Below are positions 55,991 through 64,000 of a DNA stretch of 64,000 nucleotides, piece after piece (positions within the stretch are counted from its first letter, which is position 1; each line of letters opens with the position of its first letter). The notes beneath the pieces were generated by a model that ran no database searches, was not told the DNA's origin, and was given only the letters and a program-made list of their open reading frames with translations. Position numbers and translations under genes: made by a program. The stretch is from Setoptus koraiensis (Eukaryota > Animalia > Arthropoda): the NCBI GenBank assembly GCA_048013815.1, contig CM106585.1:7068001-7132000 (forward strand), read 5' to 3'.

Positions 55991-58900
55991 CACACACACA
56001 CACATACACACAACAAAACACACACAAAAAACACACACCACCCACACACAAAACACACAGATACACAAACACACAAAACAAAAAACAAAATAAACAAACA
56101 ACACAAACAATACAAAATACAAAACCAAAAAACAAACAAAAAAAAAACAAAAACAAAAAAAACAAACAAAAAAAAACAACAAAACAAACAAAAAAAACAA
56201 CAAAAAACAAAACACAACAAAAAAAAAAAAAAAAAAAAACACAACACAACACAAAACAAAAAAAACAACCAAAAAAAAAAAAAAAAACAAACCCAAAAAC
56301 AAACAAACACAACCAACAACAAAACACAAACAAAACAAAAACACACAAAAAAAAAAAACAAACACGAACAACCCCAAAAAAAAAAAAAACAAAAAACAAA
56401 CAACAAAAACAACAAAAACAAAAAAACAAAACACCAAACAAAAAAAAACAACCAAAAACAAAACAACAAAAAACAAAAACAAACAACAAAAAAAAACACA
56501 AAAAACAACAAAAAAAACAACCAAAACAAAAACAAAAAAAACAACAAAAACAAAACAACAAACAAAAAAAACAAACAAAACCAAAAACAAAAACAACAAC
56601 ACAACAAACAAAACAAAAAAACAAAAAAAACAAAAAAACAAAAACAAAAAAACAAAACAAACAAACAACAAAACAACCAAAAACAAACCAAAAAAACAAA
56701 CAAAAAAAAACAACAAAAAAAAAAAAATACAACAAAAAAAACAAAAACAAAAACCAAAAAACAAACAAAACCAAAAAACAAAAACAACAACAAAAACAAA
56801 CAACAAAACATAAAACAAAAAAACAAACAAACACAAAAAACAAACAACAAAAAAAAACACACAAAAAAAAAAAACAAAAACAAAAAAAACCAACAAAAAA
56901 ACAAAAAACAAAAAAAACAAAAACACAACAAACAAAAAACACACCAAACAAAAAAACAAAACAACAAAAACGACAAAAAACACAACAAAAACAACAACAA
57001 AAACAAAAAACAAACAAAAACAAAACAAAAAACAAACAAGCAGAACAAACAAAATTAAAACCAAACAACAAAAAAAACAAACCAAAAACAAAAAAAAAAA
57101 AAAAAAAAGACAAACAACAAAAAAAACAAAACACAAAAAAAAACAACAAACAAAAAACAAAAACACAAACAAACAAAAAACAACAAAAAAACAAAAAAAA
57201 AAAAACAAAATAAAAAAACAAACAACAAAAACAAAAAAAAACAACAAAAAGAAACAAAAAAAACAAAACAAACAAACAAAAAACAAAAAAAAAAAAAATA
57301 AAAACAAAAAACAAACAAAAAAACACAAAAACACACACACAAACAAAAACAAAAACAAAAAAAACAACAAAAAACAAACAAACAAAAACACCAAAAAAAA
57401 ACAAAAACAAACACAAAAACAACAAAAAACCACAACCAAAACCAACACAAACAAACAAAAAACACAAAAAACAAAAACCACAAAAAACAAAACCAACCAA
57501 AAAAAAAAACAACCACACACAAAAAAACAAACAACACAAAAACAAACAAACAAAAACAAAAAAAAACAAAAAAAAACAAAAACAAAAAACCAAACAAAAA
57601 AACAAAAAAACACAAACAAAACAAAAAACAATAAAAAACAAAAAAAAACAAAAACAAAACAACAAAAAAAAAACAAAAACAAAAAACAAACAAAAACAAA
57701 AACACAAAAAAAAACAACAAAAAAAACAAAACAAAACAAACAACAAACAAAAACAAAACAAAAAACAAAAAAAAACAAAAAACAACAAACAACAAACACA
57801 GAAAAAAAAAAAAGAAACAAACAAAAAAACAAAAAACACAAAAAAACAACACAACAAAAACAACAACAAACACACAAAACAAAAAAACACAAAAACAAAA
57901 ACAACAAAAACAAACACAAAAAAAAAAAAAAAAAAAACAAAAAACAAAAAACAAAAACCACAAAAAACAAAAAAAAACAAAAAACAACAACACAAAAACA
58001 CAACAAACAAAAACAAAAAACAAAAACCAAAAAACAAAACAAACAAAAAACAACAAAAAAAAAAACAAACACACAAACAAAAAACAAAAAAACAAACAAA
58101 AAACACAACAAAAAACAAAACAAAAAAAACCAAACAACAACAAAAACAACCACAAACAAACAAAAGAACAAAAAAAAAACAAATAAAAAAAAAGAACAAC
58201 CAAAAAAAACCAACAAACACAAAAAAACAACAAAAAAAAACAAACAAAAAAACAAAAAAAAACAACAAAAAAAACAAAAACAAAACAAACAAAATAACAA
58301 ACAAAAAAAAACAAAACAACAAAAAACAAAACAAAACAAAAAACAAAACAAAAAAACAAACAAAAAAACAAAACAAACAAAAAACAAAAACAACCAACCA
58401 AACAAAAAACAAACAAACAAAAACAAAAAACAAAACAAAAAAAAACAAAAAACAACAAAACAAACACAAAAAACAAACACACACACAACAAAAAAAACAA
58501 CAAAAAAAAACACACAAAAACAAAAAAAAAAAAAAACAAAAAAAAAACAAAAAAACAACCACAAAAAAAACAAACAAACACAAAACACAAAAAAACCAAA
58601 AAAAACAAACAAAAAAACAACAAAAAAAACAAAAACAAACAAAAAAACAAACAAAAACAAAAAAAAAAACAAAAAACCAAAAAACAAACAAAAAAAACAA
58701 AATAAAACACACCAAAAAAACAAAAAAACAACCAAAAACAAAAAAAACAAAAACAAAACAACAAAAAGAAACAACAAAACACAACAAAAAACACAAACAA
58801 CAAACAAAAACACAACACACAAACAAACAAAAAAAACAAAAAACAAAACCAAAAAAAAACAAAAAAAAAACAAAACAAAACAAAAAACAAAAAAACCAAA

Positions 58901-59641
58901 CACAACCAAAAAAACAAAAAAACAACAAAACAAAAACAAAAACAAAACAAACAAAAAACCAAAACAAAAAAAAACAACCACAACAAAAACAAACAAAAAA
59001 AATAAAAAAACAAAAAACAAAACAAACAAAAACAAAAAACAAAAAAAAACACAAAAAAAAACACAAAAAACAAAACAACAAAAAAAACAAAAAAAAACAA
59101 CAAAACAAAACAAAAATACACAAAAAAAAACAAAAAAAACAAAAATAAAAAACAACAAAAACAGAAAAAAAAAAAACAACAAAAACAAAAACACAAAAAA
59201 CAACAAACAAAAAACAACAAACACACAAAAAAAAACAAAAAAAACAAAAACAAATAAAACAACAAAAAACAACAAAACACAAACAAAAAAAAACAAAAAC
59301 ACAAAAACAAAAAAACAGACAAAAAAAAACAAAAAAAAAAAAAAAACAACAACCCAAAAAAAAAACCCAAAAAAAAACACAAAAAAAAAAAAACAAACAC
59401 AAAAAAAACAAAAAAAAAAACAAAACAAACATAAAAAAAAAAAAAAATAAAAAACACAAAAAAAAAAACAAAAAAAAAAATAAAAAAAAAAACAAAAACA
59501 AACAACAAAAAATACACACATTTAGTACAATATAACACTTAGGATCAAACTAGATACAATCAACACTACTATTTAATCATCCTACTTGTGATATTTTGCA
59601 ACAACAACCTACATACAAAAAGTTAGTCATTCTTTCGAAAA

Positions 59642-61052
<1,411 letters not shown>

Positions 61053-61112
61053 TATCGCGATTATTGACATACAAAAAAACACTAGTTACACATGTTATTA
61101 ATATAATATAGG

Positions 61113-61118
61113 AATAAA
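61113..61118 (+). terminator. Putative polyadenylation signal AATAAA for S6k
   Basis: AATAAA ~60 nt after the stop in an AT-rich 3' region; further copies near 61138 and at 61205. Confidence 0.5.
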
Positions 61119-61413
61119 ATACCAAATACATATGTAAATAAAATTGTAATCAGTCAAAGAGAATTAATGGCATTGTTTTACTTCGTAACTCATATCGAGT
61201 TTTCAATAAATTGTGTTATTATTGCTGATTTTTGTGGATTGACCAGCTCAAAAAATGTAGCAAGACTCGTTTGGATCGATCGAGCAAAAGACTAAATTGA
61301 AGTTTATACAACTCATATATCCGTATATTTGCTTGATTGACAGAGCGTTTGTGAGTATGACTCGTGGTTGTATGAGTTACATATCTAGTCTTTCGAATCA
61401 TCATTTTATATTG

Positions 61414-62454
61414 TTACCAAATAATTCGAGATAAGCACCAATCTGGATATAGAGACAAATGGCGAAAATAGTGTTCCAAAGACAGAGTTACAATGCCTGG
61501 TCGGTTGTTAGTTGGCACTGAACAGATGGGCCTCTCTTGTAGCCTACTTAATTCTTCTCTGAATCTTTCCATTTTATTACTGTCATTAATGGATTGAGTG
61601 TTGTTCACTCTGATGATGATTCTTTCGTTTCTATTACTTCTAAGATCTCTTATCTTAGGTAGTTGACCTCTTGATGAGCTCAATGTTTTGCTGGTACCTC
61701 GTTTAGTCAATTTGATCTGGTCCACTGACACTAATCTGGATTGTGGCCATAGATTGTTGCTGAATAATTGATCAATAGCTCTTATTATATTCAATTCGAA
61801 AAGGGTATCCAGATCCATCGTTCGATAGAATGCAAGCTCGATCTGGTGATCATATTGATCACTTGAGTTGTTGTTTTCAATTTCGTTCACTTTCGGCATT
61901 TCCAACACCAGTTCACATCTTGCCGGCAATCCCAAAGTGGGATCATCAACAAGACTGACAGCGACGATTTCAATAATTGTTGGATTGTCATAATCGTCTT
62001 TCAGGTTACCATAAAGCCAGACACTATCGTTTGAGGCATCAATCAAGAACAAATCCGGACCAAGATCTGGTTCGTTCAGAAGTGACGCCATAAACATAAT
62101 GATGGTTTCATTGTTTTGTCGCCAAGAATGGCCCGTAATTTCGTTTTGGTTGACATAAACATTGATTGTAGTATTGGATGATGCCAAATGCTCTCGGATT
62201 TGATTGTCAGGATGAAGGATAGCTTGAGATATATTAGAGTGAAATATCGACACATCGATACGAACGTAGAATAACTTGTTTGGCTCTACTTCTAAGTTAA
62301 CCCTGTTGCTCTTGACCTCTTCGAATGGCGTATCTTTTGTATTGAGTAATTTCTGACCTGAAATATTAATTCTTATATTATTTGAGGATCGCCAGATAAA
62401 GATAATGAAGATACGGCCCACGATATATAGGCCCCAGTAATGGCGTGGAATCAT
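61414..62454 (-). CDS. Alpha/epsilon-sarcoglycan homolog (346 aa, intronless ORF, ectodomain only)
   Basis: Hydrophobic N-terminus (YWGLYIVGRIFIIFIW). Cadherin-like domain motifs FMASLLNEPDL…WLYGN…IIEIVAV match SGCA YQASLQGHPDL…FLYGS…VIEVTAY as I recall it. The C-terminal C…FR…DWC motif is present, plus at least 8 N-X-S/T sequons. Confidence 0.8.
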   Translation of the reverse strand: MIPRHYWGLYIVGRIFIIFIWRSSNNIRINISGQKLLNTKDTPFEEVKSNRVNLEVEPNKLFYVRIDVSIFHSNISQAILHPDNQIREHLASSNTTINVYVNQNEITGHSWRQNNETIIMFMASLLNEPDLGPDLFLIDASNDSVWLYGNLKDDYDNPTIIEIVAVSLVDDPTLGLPARCELVLEMPKVNEIENNNSSDQYDHQIELAFYRTMDLDTLFELNIIRAIDQLFSNNLWPQSRLVSVDQIKLTKRGTSKTLSSSRGQLPKIRDLRSNRNERIIIRVNNTQSINDSNKMERFREELSRLQERPICSVPTNNRPGIVTLSLEHYFRHLSLYPDWCLSRIIW

Positions 62455-62559
62455 GATTATTTCTACTTGATCTACTCACTTGATCTAAACTTGATTGTTT
62501 ATACACTTAGTTGCATCTCACAATGATTTTAGACCGAAAGTGTCTGAAAATCAGAAAGT

Positions 62560-63950
62560 CAAGATTGGAGCGGAGCCCAGATTAAACCAGACTTTGCGCA
62601 TCACCGGAACCATAACTGCGGGCAGTCGGTGTTCCAGACCCATACCCTCATGCATTTTCGTATAATGTAGATAGTATTGCACGTGTGTGATCAGACCACC
62701 CTCTCGCGTCGGTGCGCGCTTCGAAGATGCCCCCAGAACGTGTCAAAATCTTGCTCGAGGTCTGGCAAGTTCGTCGCACCTATGAGCCAGAGACCTCAAC
62801 CTTAGCGTCATCCTCTTTCACAATTGACTCGCGGACTGCACAGTAACCACATGTAAGCAAAAAGCAATTTACAAGTGTGGGCTCATGAAATGTGTTTATA
62901 CGTGCCAGGTGACTCTTGTCATGCATAATAGGAGCAACTTAATGGAAAAATTAATTTTTTTTCGTTTTTTCAATTTCATTTAGTCGATTTTTGCTGAAAT
63001 TCATCGCTCCTAGAATGCATGTCAATCGAAACTCAACGAGGTAATCCTCAGCACCAAAAAGGTCATTTCCTGAATATGGACTATTGAGAATGAAGCCGTG
63101 GAACAGATACTCGCGATATTTGCCTACTTTGCAGAGGTTCGCCTAACAAGTTGTAAGTTCTGCCTACAAATAGATGGTCGAGTTCTTGAATCGCGCGAAC
63201 TGAAACGTGTCTCATTGGCAGTACTTATCATTTATCAGTGGACCTTACTCTATCATCTGAGTGATTCGATCCAACAGCTCTCAATTTTATCCCGATGTTA
63301 TCGAATCGATATGACCGCTGAATTACTTTGAAGCACGGATCAAGCCGTTCACTGGGGCAAACTGCTAGATGATTGGTGCATTTGTGGTGAAATGATGATT
63401 GTTCTGTGGTAACTTACCTCTGGTAAGTGCTGAAAATTATTCGCGATATGATACGTCATCTCTGAGTAGATCTGGTAGCCGAATACTATTGTGTCAAATG
63501 GCATTGTTATCTAAACTGCCAACAACACTCTCTCCTCGATCTTGTTACGTTGAACCTTATCGGTTGACAATCTCTTACAAGTCAGTCAGTGCAGTCAGTT
63601 GTAAGTGCATAGATCAAGATAACAAGTTCGTTCCTGATGCGAGACACGTGAAAGTGATTAACCACCAGCATCAACTGTTTGATAAAGTAATCGTGCTACT
63701 GAAGTACTAAGATTGTCCTCATATATCCGTATATATTCGCCATCTTGCCTGTGCAATGATTGTGCGAGGACCAGCACGCCGTGTATGGTGCTGCACACAG
63801 GTTGCGTAGCTTTCTCAATTCAAAGGTGAGTAGTTTTGCGGCCACCCTATATGTGATGAATGTTATGGCAGAGATTAAGACTATAAATAAGGATATCAAA
63901 TCAATTAGTAGTCAGTTCATTTCAGCAATAGTACAATCTGATTGACAATT
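62560..63950. pseudogene. Unidentified degenerate coding-like region (decayed element or unresolved small spliced gene)
   Basis: Non-repetitive sequence with protein-like stretches broken by in-frame stops on both strands (e.g. minus GKYREYLFHGFILNSPYSGNDLFGAEDYLVEF). A clean 93-nt minus exon candidate lies at 63418-63510 (tttag…GAG|GTAAGT). Confidence 0.2.
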
Positions 63951-64000
63951 TTAAACAAGTTCAAATTTTACACTAGCCACAATTTTGTAGTTGAGTGACA

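Larger units (their letters stand above)
45379..59520. other. Aperiodic A/C-only tract around the gap: probable base-calling or gap-filling artefact
   Basis: About 14 kb with almost no G or T and no repeat period. G-poor transition zones lie at both ends (44950-45378 and 59521-~59600). It flanks an N gap and a poly-C run. Confidence 0.88.

Noticed and set aside
45379-59520. Telomeric or satellite array
   Set aside because: No fixed period and no TTAGG/CCTAA units; T is essentially absent.
45308-59538. Giant minus-strand ORFs (up to 2154 aa) rich in F/C/L/V/G/W
   Set aside because: A G/T-only strand cannot form stop codons, so these ORFs are a by-product of the A/C tract and run through Ns.

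Overview
Eukaryotic (arthropod-like) genomic scaffold in three parts. (1) 1-~44,950 is a GC-richer, mostly non-coding domain (roughly 50-58% GC, estimated by eye). It is dense in microsatellites, 9-22 bp mini-tandem arrays and GGCC/GGGCCC palindromes. One exon is convincing: 27,496-27,737 (minus), a RIM/rabphilin/Slp-type 'HLTEEER' helix with a GTAAGT donor. A few weaker candidate exons are also present. (2) ~44,950-59,520 is ~14 kb of aperiodic A/C-only sequence around a 500-N gap. It is almost certainly a sequencing or gap-filling artefact, so all giant ORFs there are spurious and the join between the flanks is unverified. (3) 59,521-64,000 is an AT-richer (about 40% GC by eye), compact block. 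It holds a two-exon ribosomal protein S6 kinase (plus) with a short C-tail lacking SP/TP sites, a convergent intronless alpha/epsilon-sarcoglycan homolog (minus) with no detectable transmembrane segment, and an unidentified degenerate coding-like region. Intron-poor conserved genes suggest a streamlined genome such as an eriophyoid-type mite; this is inference only. I found no CRISPR array, rRNA, tRNA or intact transposon. I cannot support a wholly new biological system. The best leads are the TM-less sarcoglycan with an in-frame extension past its stop, the tail-less S6K, and the related CAGCTGATCG/TGACA motif arrays.
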